From: Glaucostegus cemiculus
Taxonomy: Eukaryota
Assembly (NCBI GenBank): GCA_976551045.1
Contig: CDPCPM010000054.1
Span: forward strand, 19,034,001 to 19,098,000
Length of the DNA stretch: 64,000 bases
Direction: 5' to 3'
Positions within the stretch are counted from its first letter, which is position 1, and each line of letters starts with the position of its first letter. The notes under the pieces were generated by a model. It ran no database searches. It was not told the origin of the DNA and saw only the letters and a program-made list of their open reading frames with translations. Shown piece by piece: positions 27,400-40,660 of the stretch. Made by a program: the position numbers and the translations under genes.

Positions 27400-27458
27400 A
27401 TGCACACACAGGTGCACACACATGTGCACAAACACACACACACACACACACACATACA
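27400..27458. repeat. (CA)n microsatellite
   Basis: Direct inspection. Confidence 0.9.
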
Positions 27459-27949
27459 TAGATATGCAGGCTATTCTTGGGGTTTAAAACTCCCAACTCT
27501 CCCAAAATAAATTTCAGTGTAACTTGCCTGAATTACTTTCACTATTTGAACTTGCTTCAGGTCATTGCCTGAGTGTACTTATAGGTTAATAATGTGGGAG
27601 AGCTCCATTCTATGTGATAAAATATTCATATAAAACCACACAACACAGGTTCCTGACCCTACAATCCTAAACCTGATACCTACAGGTTGGATTTCTTACA
27701 ACTCTTCAGATGACAGCAGTCAGAGAATACAGGTAAATTTTCTGCTTTTACATCTTTGGGGTCAAGGGTGTGTATAATGAAACTCCATTAATCTGGCATG
27801 CTCAGGGCTTTGGTAGTGCTGAACTGGCTGTTTATCTGGACTATTGGATGTTACTTCAATTAATAGTCCAACACACTCTTAATTCACTATTTTACATGTT
27901 ACACAGCAGTATAATAAGTTTTCCAGTGAACCCGATAAGATTCAAGGCT

Positions 27950-28175
27950 GTAGAGGAACCAGGTGAATTAGAATGGACCATGGGAACCAGGGCTGCAGTG
28001 TGTTAGAGGGAGTATGGGAACTAAGGACTCTGTGTGTTGGAGGGAGTGTGGAAACTAGGGGCTCAGTGTTTTGGAGGGATCGTGGGAATCGGGGCTCTAG
28101 TGAGTTGGAATGCAGCATGGGAAGCAGTGCTCTGGTGTGCTAGAAAAACTTGGGGAATCAGCACCCGGTGACCCA
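27950..28175. repeat. Second array of the ~35-bp minisatellite family (about 6 units)
   Basis: gggaaccagggctgcagtgtgttagagggagtatgggaact... units match the 8400-9052 array. Confidence 0.75.
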
Positions 28176-29126
28176 GATACTGAACCTTTGGAGTTCTGAA
28201 CAATTGGTCAGCAGACTATCAGAGCTTTACCATTCACAGGAAATTTTGCACCCAATCCCCCACTCCAATTTTCCCTCTGTATGTTTTAACATAGAACATA
28301 TTCAATGTGTGTTTCCCCTTGTGTAATGCTTCAAAAGAGAAACATTAAGAATTATAGAGTAGTCAAAATTTTCCATAGTCACATTGCAACAGATATTATA
28401 TTGCTGGTACTAAATCAGTGATATATTCAGAATATGTGTCAGGGAATGAGGTGTTGGTAATGTACATAGAGGACACTACCTTCTCCTCCAAACAAAGCTC
28501 AGCATAGTATGACCACTATACATTAATTACTGCTTATTAACAAGTGTCTCCAGATCTATCCAAGCTCCTGGGGTCCATCTTCAGTATCCCTGCACATGGT
28601 CATCACACATCTAGAGATCATTTGGCAATTACATGCACTCTTAAGCTTCAAATGGGCATCATTAAGGTGTTATGGCTTATCTGAAAGCAATCCGTTTGTG
28701 AGCAGCAGAGCATGCATACAAATTAGAAGCAGGGGTAGGGACTTGGTTCCTTGAGTGTGCTGCACCTCAATTCCTCATTCCTGTCTATTCACAATAACCT
28801 TTCACCCCTTGCTTATGAACAATCTATTTACCTCTTCCTTAGAAATATTCAAAGACTGTCTCCATCACCCTTTGGGTCGGAGAGTTTCAAAGACACTGAA
28901 ACTAAAAAAATGCTTTATCTCCTTCCTAAAAGGGTGACATCTTATTTTTAAACAGTCGCCTTTGGTTCTTGATTCTCCCACAAGAGGAAATATCCTCTCC
29001 ATATCCACCTTGCTAAGACCTGTCATGATCCTTAACATGACAAAGAGATCATCCCTAGCTCTTTTAAACTCTAGTGGAGTGGGCTGCCTGTCATATGAAA
29101 GGTTGAACCAGTTAGGCCTGTATCCC

Positions 29127-29375
29127 CTCAGCAGATCAGGCAGTATCTATGGAGGGGAATAGACAGTTGACATTTTGGGTCAAGACCCTTCATCAGTACT
29201 GGAAAAGAAGAGGGGACATAGCCAGTATAAAAAGCTTTTCATACCCACCTCTTTATACTGGCTATCTTCCCTTTTTCTTTCCAGTTCTGACGAAAGGTCT
29301 TGACCTGAAATGTTCATTTCCCTCCATAGGTGCTGCCTCACCTGCTGAGTTCCTCCAACACTTTTGTGTGTTGCT
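29127..29375. mobile_element. Palindromic element made of two inverted Penelope pLTR arms, each with a hammerhead motif
   Basis: Arms of about 100 bp (29127-29231 and 29252-29349) are reverse complements around a 20-nt spacer, e.g. tagccagtataaa / tttatactggcta. Confidence 0.8.
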
Positions 29376-31214
29376 CTTGGACTTGAATATGAATATGAAG
29401 CAATTCAACAATTCAGCAGTCACTACTGGTTGATTATCTTCTTGGAGACCCTTGTAGCATCTAACCTGTTTGCAAAACTTACGATTCAAGCTTCTTCAGA
29501 GCTCCATCTATCTGTGCATAATCTCGGTAGATGCAACGCAACACAAACCAATAGGCCACTCATACAAGCAATTGATCTCATTGAATTATACAGGGCTAAA
29601 TGAGAAAATTAACAAGCTGAACTCACACTCTAAATGGAAGTGGCTTCCATTTTTATGTGTATATAAAGTGAAAGGATTGTTAGGGATTAATGAAAGAAAT
29701 GTAGTTTTTGAAATGTAGATATGATGGGAATGTTGAATAAACACCTTGGGCTGGAAATTGGTTAGTCCCAAACCCTGCTCCAGAATTAGGATTGCATTCG
29801 CCAGTGCCCAATCAACAAATTTGACTTCATCTAACCTTGTGGAGGAGGGTGATGATGATGGCAAGCTTGGTGCCAATCTCCTGGTGCATTCCTGCCTTCA
29901 CGTTACGGTAGTCTGGATCAAGCACTGAGGGACGGTACTCAAAATCCCACCTGAGTTAAAATAAGCCATAAACTGCATTGCATTAAGTACCTAATTCAAT
30001 CTCAATGGTTTCCATTCATTTGAATCCCTGAGAAAAATCATACTAGTGTTGAAGCTCATAATTAAAAGCAGACTACTTGGCTGAAATAATGGAGAATATC
30101 TGGTAACTAGTGATTCAGAATAAAATGTTAACATCTTCAGCAAGGGTGAAGGGAAATTTGATGAGGAAAAGCAAAATGACTTCATCAAGTGTTAGGGTTT
30201 GTGTTTTCCCTTTCTGAGGAAGTTGAACTTCTTGTCAAATCTGGAAATCCACATAAACATTTGCATGAACTTAGTTGTAGTTATACATTCCAATTCGGTG
30301 AGGTCAGAAAAACCAGGGTTGACATTATAAACAGCAACACACAATATGCTAGAGAAACTCAGTGGTCAGGCAACATCGATGGAGGAAAATGGGCAGTCAA
30401 CATTTCCGGTCGAGACACTTCATCTGGGATATAAACATTTTCCCCATGAGGGAAATGTTGCCAGTGGTTCTGTTACAATTTGCTGGGAAAAGGTAGAGGA
30501 TGATTTGTACTATTGTAATTGGCTGCAAATGAGGAATAGTCTAAATGTTACTAGAATGAATATAGAGATGAGTATACTTACTTTTCAAACAATTTTTTGA
30601 GACCTATCAAGCATAAAATGACACTGAAGGGATCATGTTTCACTCTTTTGAGAAGCACTGCCTGTACTTTGGGATGTGGGCCAAATACAGGCAATTGAGA
30701 CTAGCCTAGATAGGCATGGATGAGTTGGGCTGGAGGGCCTGTTCCTGTGCTGTATTGGCCTATGTTCTATGTTCTACAGAGCAGCAGTTCTCCCTTGGTT
30801 AACATGAATACCCAACAGATAAATAGGCTTGTGCGGCACAAATGGCGTATACTGAACGATTGGCCCAGGAAACTCACCATGGAGCCTAGATGCAATATAA
30901 TGACATTGACCTGAAGAAATATAAAGGAAATAAATGACCTTTGTCCTCAAGGCTGGTTTCCTTACTGGAATGCATTGCTCAGCAGGGGACTTTTTGCCAA
31001 GAATGGTTCCAAGAATTGTACATTACAAAATGGAGCAATCAACCTCAAGTATATAAAATCCACATGCGAGTAAAACTGTTACCCAATCTGCTGAAACAGA
31101 TTGCTTACAGGAAACTTCCAAAACTGGGTCAATGCACCGTTTAAATTAGCAGTCCCTAATATTGTAATACTTCAGATCTGGTGGGGTCAAACACTGTTGT
31201 AACTGAATGATGGA

Positions 31215-31735
31215 GATTACAAAAAATGCTGATGCTGGGAATCTGAAATAAGAACTGAAAACACTTAACAGGTCAGACAGCACATGAAGAAAGAGAAACA
31301 GAGTTAATGTTTCAGGTCAAAGATCCTTTGTCAGAACTGGGAAAGAGAGAAAAGCAAATTAGTTTTAAATTGCAGGGAAGGTTGGGGAGAGGGCTATATA
31401 GGACAAAAGGAATCACTGTGGTAGGGTGAGGTCATGGTTGTTGTGGGAATAAATAACAGTTGATGGCTTTTGGCAGCAGTTAGTGAGTGATAATGCAGGC
31501 AAAGCAGTGTGAAATGTCAGCAGATCAGGCTGTGCTGGTGAAGGGAGCAGACCCAAGTCAATGCCACAAATGGAAGAGTGACCAGAAATGCCATTTCTGA
31601 TAAAGACAAAGAGAACAAGTTACCAGAAGTTGTAGAATTCAATACTGAGTCTATAAGTTATAACCTGCCCAGATGGAAGATGAGGTATTGCTCCTCATGT
31701 TAGGATTAGGCCTTGTTATAACAGTGCAGGAGATC
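31215..31735 (-). mobile_element. Penelope-like element 3' fragment
   Basis: Minus strand at about 31620-31696 reads EEQYLIFHLG...; pLTR and hammerhead-like motif at about 31300-31340. Confidence 0.6.
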
Positions 31736-31788
31736 ACATTAAAGCTAGAATGGAACCTTTTTTTGTTTCAAGTCAAAGTTTATTGTCA

Positions 31789-31938
31789 GCAGCACACAAA
31801 AAGCTGGAGGAACTCAGCGGGTCAGGTTGCATCTACAGAGGGAAATGGACAGTCGACATTTCAGGTCGAGACCCTTCATCTCTTCCACCTTTTTGTACGT
31901 TGCTCCCGATTCCAGCATCTGCAGTCTCTTGTGTCTCC
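31789..31938. mobile_element. 150-bp Penelope pLTR insertion with inverted ends and TSD
   Basis: Flanked by agtttattgtca (31777-31788) and agtttatttgtca (31939-31951), inside a Rex1-like tail. Confidence 0.7.
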
Positions 31939-34189
31939 AGTTTATTTGTCATGTGCAAAAGTATGGTGAGGTACAGGTACAATGAAAAACTTGCTTGCAG
32001 TAGCATCACCGGCACATAGCTCGGACACACACAGAATATAAATTATACATACTTTGATTTTACAATTTATAAGCAAATGTGGATTTTTTAATATTCTCAT
32101 TAGGGAATTTAACTCATATACAACACACCCCACACCCACTTGTTCTGGCAACTGTAGTAAACTTAACCTAGTGTCAAATTACATTTATCTTATTGGATTG
32201 TCTAATAATAATAATACAGTGAAATGAGTGGTTATAATTAATGTTGTCAGAACTGTTCCTGAGAATAATTCAGCTGTTGTCAGCACATTATGCATAAGAG
32301 TTAACCAGAGTTAGTAAAATTTAGAAAAACAGGTTTGACCAGGTTGTGTTTAACTGAGATTTTTGTTGAATAAATTGGTTGTGTTTCCTTGCAACCTTTG
32401 TCTGTTTTTACAGACAGATTTACAGGTTATAAATATTGGGATGTGGGCAGGGTGATGATAATCGGTAAGAAATCCGGAGAGAAAAGATGAGCACCCAAAT
32501 GAGAGAAATAGGTAAAGATTCAAATTCCTAGTGGGAATTTTAGGATGCTGCCAAATTTCCCTGTGCAAATTTCATGATTGAACAGTATGGAATCCTCTGC
32601 AGTTTCACAAAGGAGAAAGAGAATGCTCCGCAAATGTTCCCAGAGAACTGAAGGATTTACGGAGCTGAGGTTACAATGGTTTGGAAGGCAAAGTGAACAG
32701 ATGATTGAAAGTCATTAGTATTAACCTAATGCTGAGCAACTGCATGCATCTCTGAAGAGTTCAATGCTTCCAGTTTGGAGGTATTGAGAGCAACTGAAGG
32801 ATTTTGGATATTAAAGCTGCTGAAATAATGGGTGCCCTTTTAATAGGTTCACAGGAAGGGTGTGAGGGGCCTGAAGAGACTGTGGACAGAGGCTCTGCCT
32901 GCTTTTATCTGGGTAATTGCCACTGCCTCCAACCCGACAGTCAACTAAACAAACAGTTGGGCTGCTGGGTGGGATTGTGAGGAAGGTCTCTGGCAGTTGC
33001 TGGAAGGAGTGAAAGGACAACAGGATATGAAGGATTTGGGTGGAATCTGTGGTGGGTGGTTGGGGGGGGGGTTGTTGGATTTTGCCATGGGAAAGTGACA
33101 CTGGCTCAAACTCGGCCTCTGCAATTGATTGAAAATGCAAATCACATTATCAGAGCTGACCTGCATGTTTTAGAGATAAAATCCCAATGTTTTTCTGAGG
33201 ACATCCTACTCATTGCTCGAATAGTAGGAAGCAGCATCAATGGATGTTAAAAAGCTCCCATTATTTTAACTGCCTTCTGTTCTGAGAATCCTGAACTGAG
33301 AGTTAAGAGTGCTGAGAATCCATAAGCCATGATAAAGCCAGACCATGTCCAGCTCTAACATTGTCTCCAATGTAACCAGCAGAAGACACTGGCAGCAGTG
33401 TGGGTGAATCCTTGCAGCCGGCAGCTCTGGAGCCACTTAGCTGAAAGAGGTTCTACCTTCCCACCTCAAAAGACTTGTGGACCTCTGTCCAACAGCTTTA
33501 TGTAAAAAATAATTAACCTGTAGGTGTCTCAGCCGCCTCCCTGGTTTGGACCTACCTAATTGGGTCCACTTGTGCTCACTCTTGGGGACCCCATCAGTTG
33601 ATTGTGACAGCTGGTTTTGTTCCTTAGAAGTTTGAAAGGAATTACTGAAGGAGCTTTGCTCTCAAAGGAAATATTCTGTGCACTGGAAATTGATTCAGTC
33701 TTGACCAGGAGCACTAAACCTGAGAGTTTATCAATGGTGTGGAGGCACAGAGAGACCTGGGAGTGCATGTCTAGGTTGCAGGACAGGTCATTAAGGAGGT
33801 TAAGAAGGCATATGGTATGCTCTTCTTTTCTGGTCAAGACATGGAATATACAGATGGGGGTGTTATGCTAGAATTGTATATGTTAGTTAGGCTACAGCAT
33901 GAGTACTGCATATTGTTCTGGTCACCAATCTGGAGGAAAGATTTATTACACTGCAGAGGTTGCAGAGGAGATTTATTGGATGTTGGCAGGACTGGAAAAT
34001 TGCAGGGATGCGTGCAATTGGTGTCAAATATGCGAGGTGTAGACCAACGTCAGTGGCATAACTACATGGATTTGGTTCAGGTGAGGCTTTTGGAAGGAGG
34101 CCCATGGATTTTTACTATGTCAGGGCAGATGCAAAGAGGTTGAGCATTCATGTGATAATGCATTGTTCAATTCATACCCATTAAAAGCA

Positions 34190-34770
34190 ATAAAAACAGA
34201 AAATGCTGGAAACATTCAGGAGGTCTGGCAGCACCTAGAAAATAGAACATAGAACAGTACAGCAAGGGAACAGATCCTTTGGCTCACAATGCCTGTGCTG
34301 AACATGATACCAAATTAAATTAAATCTCTTCAGCCTGTGCATGATCCATATCCCTCCATTCCCTGCATATTCATGTCTCTGCCTAAAAGCCTCTTACACG
34401 TCACTATTGTATCTGCTTTCACCACCACCCTGGCAGCCCATTCCAGATACCTACCACTCTCTGTGTAAATAAGATCCTGTCCCGCACATCTCTTTTCAAC
34501 TTCCCCCCTCTCACCTTAAATACATGTCCTCTCATACGTGACACCTCTACCCTGGGAGAAAAAGATTCTGATTGTCTATCCTATCTATGCCTCTCACAAA
34601 CTTCCATCAGGTCTCCCCTCAGCTTCCAATGTACCAGTAGAAAGAAAGTTAACATTTCAGGTCAAAGACCCTTCATCTGAACACCTTTCTGTTTCTGCTT
34701 CCATAGATGCTGCCTGACCTACTGACTATTTCCAGCATTTTCTGTTTTTATTTCTGATTTCCAGCATCTG
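34190..34770. mobile_element. Penelope pLTR inverted mini-element interrupted by a CR1 3' end (about 34240-34635, minus)
   Basis: aaacagaaaatgctggaaac... and ...tttccagcattttctgtttttatt arms surround a CR1 tail (atagaacatagaacagtacagc). Confidence 0.65.
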
Positions 34771-36039
34771 CTGGTTCTTCTATAGACTTTCATATAAAAA
34801 GCAATGTCGGCCACAAGAAATTCCTTTAACATTTTCTCATGGAGAAAATAACCCAAGTGCAGAGCATAAACATTTCATCTATTTTGTTTTAACCATTATG
34901 GTTGAAATCTGGGGAACCCTCAGTCAATCTAAATTATTCCACAGGTAAAAAGGGGTGCCATTTCATAAATGCCCAAATTGTTAACATCTTCAGCATATAC
35001 ATTATTGGTCTGTGGACAATAATTGTCCCTTAGGTATCATCACTTCGTATCACATGACGAACTGATTTCTTATCCTTGCAAGCATGCTTAGTGAAGAAAT
35101 TTCCAGGTGCAGTTTATTTGGAAGGAACCCATGGTAAAAACGCCAAATTGTGCTACAAACTCCTGCATTAATGTAGTATCATCATTGGTTGTTTAAATTA
35201 CTAACTATTGTCAGTGTCTTAGCGATGGAATAGGTATGATACTGAAATAGAGTTGTTTCAAAACACAGAATTATGTTACAACCATTAATGGTTGCCAAAC
35301 CCAGATCATCTACAGTTTCACCCTTCTACCAAATCCATTTGTACTACATCATCCCAGAAATCAAGCTGTAAGGAATTGTACAGTGAAAAATAAAAGTTAA
35401 AGGAAAAATCTGCAATATACATTCCTAGACCAGGGCCATAATTCTTACTGCAGCTTCAAATTGACTGAAGTTTCCAACTCAAATATAACAGCAAATGAAA
35501 GACATTTAAAATGATCCACAGAATGTAAAAGGCATGAGATGATTGCTCACAAAAACTCATGGCTCCCACTGAAGCCTTAAAAAATGTGGCTGCAATAAAT
35601 CAGTAGCTATACAGACTGCAGTTAGACTGTCATTGGATAAAATAAGACATTTCATAATTACTGGCATACTCAACCACCTTTTGTTCAACAGGAATGATCT
35701 GCAGACACATTTTAGTGGATATTGTTTATCCTGCCTAATTTTAATACTGTCCTAATTGTGGCTAACAAGAAAGAATCCAATAAATAATCCACTGGAAACA
35801 AAAGTTTCACATTTGTCAGACCCTCTATGAAATAGGAGTAAGTCTACTTACAAAAATTTTTATATCTATCTTCTAATGTCATGAGATGCCTCTAAAATTC
35901 TGATATGATGAGAATGAGAAGACTTATTCTGTGGTTTCCATTATGCAGCTTGAACCTTTAACAAATGGATTACCTTGGACTCTCAAGGATAATCAACCTT
36001 CTTTGCTGCTTCTCCTTCACCAGAGTCTCTGTGTATTTG

Positions 36040-36810
36040 GAACGTAGAACAGTACAGCACAGGAACAGGTCCTTCGGTAATTAAATGCCTAATGAAACTA
36101 ATCCTTTCTGCCTACACAATGTCCATATTCCTCCATTCTCTGCACATTCATGTGACTGTCTAAGAGCTTCTTAAACACCTCTATCGTCTTTTCCTCCACT
36201 ACCACTCCTGGCAGCCCATTTCAGGCACCTACAACTCTGTGTAAAAAAACCTGCCCTGTACATCTCCTTTGAACCTCCTCCCTCTCACCTTAAATTTATG
36301 CCCTCTGGTATTTATATTTCAACCCTGGGAACAAAATACCAGCTGTCTACTCTATCTACACCTTTTCTAATCTTATATACCTCTATCGGATCTCCCCTCA
36401 GCCTCCACCACTCTAGAGAAAACAAGCCAAGTTTGTCCAAACTCTCCTTATAGCACATGCCTTCTCTTCCCGGCAGCATCCTGCTAAACCTGTTCTGCAG
36501 CCTTTCCAAAGCCTCCACATCCTTCTTATAATGGGCAACCAAAATTTAATGTAATACTCCAGATACAGCCTAACTAGAGTTTTGTAAAGCTGCAACATAA
36601 CTTCCCAACTCTTGAACTCAGTGTCTTGACTAAGAAAGGCAAGCATGCCATACACCTTCTTTACCATCCTTTCAACTTGTGCAGCCATTTTCAGCAAGCT
36701 GTGGATGTTGGCCCCAAAATCCCTCTGTACATCAACACTGTTAAGGGTCTTGCCATTAATAGTGTACTTTTCCTTTGCATTTGAGCTCCCAAAGTGCAAC
36801 ACCTCATTTA
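36040..36810 (-). mobile_element. CR1-type LINE 3' fragment
   Basis: ORFs 36413..36817(-) and 36312..36542(-): EVLHFG...MLQLYKTLVRLYLEY...YKKDVEALERLQNRFSRMLPG...LRGDPIEVYKI. Confidence 0.85.
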
Positions 36811-37957
36811 TTGCCAAATGAGTGTATCATCTCCACTCTAATGAAAAGAGTCAACAGAATCAAGCTATTTAGCAATGGAACATAGATCAAATTAGCACAG
36901 TTACTGCTTTAATGCTGATAGAATTTCACTTAATGGCCCAATACAAAATCCAAAGCTAGCACAGATTGAATTTCACATCCAAGGGTCTGACCCATGCCTT
37001 ACTTGGCAACACTCTATTCCAAGCACAAGTGCAGGATGAGATGAATAGGCTGACTGAGGAAAAGTTTTAGGATATGCTCAAAGCTTTATTGAAAAAATTG
37101 CATTACCCCTCTCACTCCTGGGAATCTGTGGTACATAACCACTCGAGAGCAAGAGCAGAAAGGATGGTACTTAAAACCTCGATTCGATGCATCAGGAGCT
37201 CACAGAAGCCCAGCAAAATGACAGGCAACCCAGCTGTCCACACCTGCCCTGTTAGATGCCCCCTGCCCTATTGTGGAAGAGTCTATTGCTCCCACGTTCG
37301 CCTCATCAACAAAATCCAAAGAATTGGCATATATAAGATAAGATTTCTTTATTAGTCACATGTACATCAAAACACAAAGTGAAATGCATCTTTGCATAAA
37401 ATGTTCTGGGGGCAGCCCATCCTATATTATCTCCAAGCTTTTGACATTCTTTCCAAGCTACTCAATGTAATACTCTACCATAGATATAAACAGACACTTC
37501 TGAGGACTTTGCACAAGTTTTATGCTATTTAATTTATTTTGCTTATCATTATTTTTTGTTCCAAATGTGCAAGTTCACATTTCTTTGCATTAAGTTTCAT
37601 CTGCCATCTGTTTGCAGTTTCCAAGTCTATTTACTATCAGCTGAGGTTGCCTATTCCTGTCTTCTGAGATCTTCTACTCATCTTTTCATTTCCAAGTTTT
37701 GCTTATATCTCTTAGGAAATTAAGAGAAAAAAAATGAAATTTAAGATGCACGAACTGGGATAAATTAAACTGAACTAGTCCAAGTTAGTTCTTTTCTGGA
37801 TGGGAGAATCAACAATCACAGGACACCCGGAGAGAAAGTATGCCAATTTTGTTGTTGTATTTTTCCATTGACGTCTTTGTCTTTGGCCTATTTTTTGTGC
37901 TTGATTTTGAGGAACCATCCTGAGCTGGAGGCATTTAGCGATTTTACATTTATTTAC

Positions 37958-38203
37958 TTTTTTTTATTTACAGCGTGGTAACAGGGCCCTTTCGGCCCTC
38001 CGAGTCCACGCCGCCCATTTTAAACCCCCAAATTAACCTACCCGTACATCTTTCAGAATGTGGGAGGAAACTGGAGCACCCAGAGGAAACCCATGCAGAC
38101 ATGGGAGAACGTACAAACTCCTTACAGACAGCGGCGGGAATCGAACCCCGATCGCTGGCACTGTAACAGCATCGCGCTAACTGCTAAGCTATCGTGCCGT
38201 CCC
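37958..38203 (-). mobile_element. Young short V-SINE (tRNA head, V-domain, poly-A tail)
   Basis: The reverse complement closely matches 50720-50963. B-box GGTTCGATTCCC present, many CpGs retained. Confidence 0.85.
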
Positions 38204-39174
38204 ATGATTAGTGATCTGTTGTGTGACTGATACTTTACCCGAAGCCCATGGAGTCAATGACCCTTAAAGTACAAAGAAGGGATTCTCCAAGCGTGAAATG
38301 AGCTCTCCCTGTGCAAAGTTAAACATCAACGTTTGCTGTGTATTGATTTATTTCTGATAAGGAATACAGTGGTCTGCAAGAATAAACTACCATTAAAATC
38401 TCAGGTATGTGTACCTTTCTACTTTTACCTTTGTAATTATTAATGTCTTTTCCAGATATTCTTGCATTTACAGATCTCATATACCACAAACCATGGATTT
38501 GAGCAAACTGGTATTTCTTGAATCATCTATAACTTAACTTATCTTAAATGCATACCCTACCATATTAATCAGGTTAGCTTGATTTAGTCAGTAAAACAAC
38601 ACATTAAAATACATTTTTTATTTATTTTCCTTTATAGATGATGATTAGGTACAAGATAAGCATGAACTAAGATAAATTAGAAATTTTATTTGTAAGTTTT
38701 CTATATTGTTGGATTGTTAGATGATGTTTTAAGCAGAAGGATAAATTAAGGATTTGATACATTTTTCTGAATGTTAGAAAGGGAGGTAACTTTAAACCTT
38801 TTTACACCTGATACTTTGCATTTAAAAATATTAGTAAAAAGAATCAAACAATTTGATAATTGCTTTAATAAAACACCGATGCGAGCTTCTGAACTTCCAT
38901 TCCTGCAAGAAATTGTTCATTGATCACCTCTGCCTATTATGAAGATGATGTAATTGTGATGGAATTTCATGATGTCACTCCAAGGGGAGTTCTGAGCAAA
39001 TCTCTTACCAGAATGTATTTTACCATCTGTTTGAAAGAGAAGCCCAGCAAACCTGTGTTCTCCTGATGCATCTGTGAGCTCCTGATGCATTGAAATGGGG
39101 GTTTTCAATACCACCCCAAATGGTCCTTCTGCACTCGAAGTGGTCATGAGAAGTGGTCATTCAAAACCAGCTAA

Positions 39175-39351
39175 NNNNNNNNNNNNNNNNNNNNNNNNNN
39201 NNNNNNNNNNNNNNNNNNNNNNNNNNNNNNNNNNNNNNNNNNNNNNNNNNNNNNNNNNNNNNNNNNNNNNNNNNNNNNNNNNNNNNNNNNNNNNNNNNNN
39301 NNNNNNNNNNNNNNNNNNNNNNNNNNNNNNNNNNNNNNNNNNNNNNNNNNN
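39175..39351. other. Assembly gap (177 N)
   Basis: Run of n characters. Confidence 1.
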
Positions 39352-40279
39352 TCTCCCTACAAGAATTTTAATCTGTTGTCATATATTCTTCCACTAGGCC
39401 TTCCACTAGGCTATTTCAATTTAAAGGCTATCTGACAAATTTACATCTATGGGGAGTTTTGACTCAAAGGAATAACATTACCTTGCCTCAGCACAAATGG
39501 TAAAGCTTGACACTATATAAGCATAATGGATGCTGCAGTATTTTCTAACTTCCTTTATAATACAATGTAAAAGAAATCATAAATAAGGAACAAAACCAGA
39601 AAGTCCTGGAAAACTCAGCCGGACATGAAATTTCCATTTTTATTTCAGGTTTCCAGCATCTGCTTTTTTTGCCCTCAATAATATAAGGATATTGGTTAAA
39701 CAACATCGTCTCTTCACAGTGTTAGAACAGTAGGATTATATGAGGATCCCAACAATCCTGACCAAATGCTGACTGTCTACGAGTAATTGAATTCTTTTTG
39801 ATATATAACTGGTATTCAAATACTTGAAATGCATGCTTACCTGGAAGTTAATAGAGTCATTTTTGGCAATTAACCTTGGCAATTAACCATTTTTGTTTGA
39901 TATTTTCCAAGTAACAAAACATGGATTTGAACTCTTATTTTATGTGTGCTTTTGGAATATGAGGGTCATTAGAAAGATCAGAATTTATTAATGACCCCAA
40001 AACCTATTCATAAGATGGCTACCCTGTGTCTCTTCCTGCTGAACTATTAAGTCCATGAAATGAAGGTATACTTTTACTGCTCTACAGTGGGAAATTCCAG
40101 GATTATGATCACATAATGATGAATAGCAATTCATGTCTAAATCTCTATTTGGTGATCTTAAGGAGAGCTTGAAGAAGAGATGTTCTCATGCTCCTGCTAT
40201 ATTTGTCCTTTTAGGTGGTAAAGGTCATCTACTTCGGAGGTGCTGTTCAGGGAGTCTTAGCATGTTGTCACAGCACATT

Positions 40280-40660
40280 AGTAATTGGTTTATTGTTGTC
40301 ACAAGTACTGAGGTACAGTGAAAATCTTTGTTTTGCATGTCATCTACACAGATCATTTCATAACATCAGGACATCGAGGTAGTACAAAGGAAAAGCAATA
40401 ACAGAATGCAGAATATAGTGTAACGGTTACAGAGAAAGTGCAGTGCAGGGAGACAAAAAGGTGCAAGGCCATGACAAGGTGGATTGTGAGGTCAAAAGTT
40501 AATCTTATCGTACAAGAGATCCATTCAGTAGTATTATAACAGTGGGACAGAAGATGTCCTTGAGTCTGATGGTATGTGCTTTCAGGCTTTTGTATCTTCT
40601 GCTCGATGGGAGGGGGGAGAAGAGAGAATGTCTGGGGTGGGAGAGGTCTTTGATTATGTA
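40280..40660 (-). mobile_element. Rex1/Babar-like LINE 3' fragment
   Basis: Same family as 11370-11720; ...cataatcaaagacctctcccacccc...gcagaagatacaaaagcctgaaagc on the minus strand. Confidence 0.65.

Noticed and set aside
29745-29955. Possible old MITEs starting gggctggaaatt / ggggtgaaattt (also at about 49527 and 48345)
   Set aside because: TIRs and TSDs are too degenerate to support boundaries by eye.
39095-39410. ORFs spanning Ns and a short ttccactagg duplication next to the gap
   Set aside because: Artefacts of the assembly gap; sequence at gap edges is unreliable.
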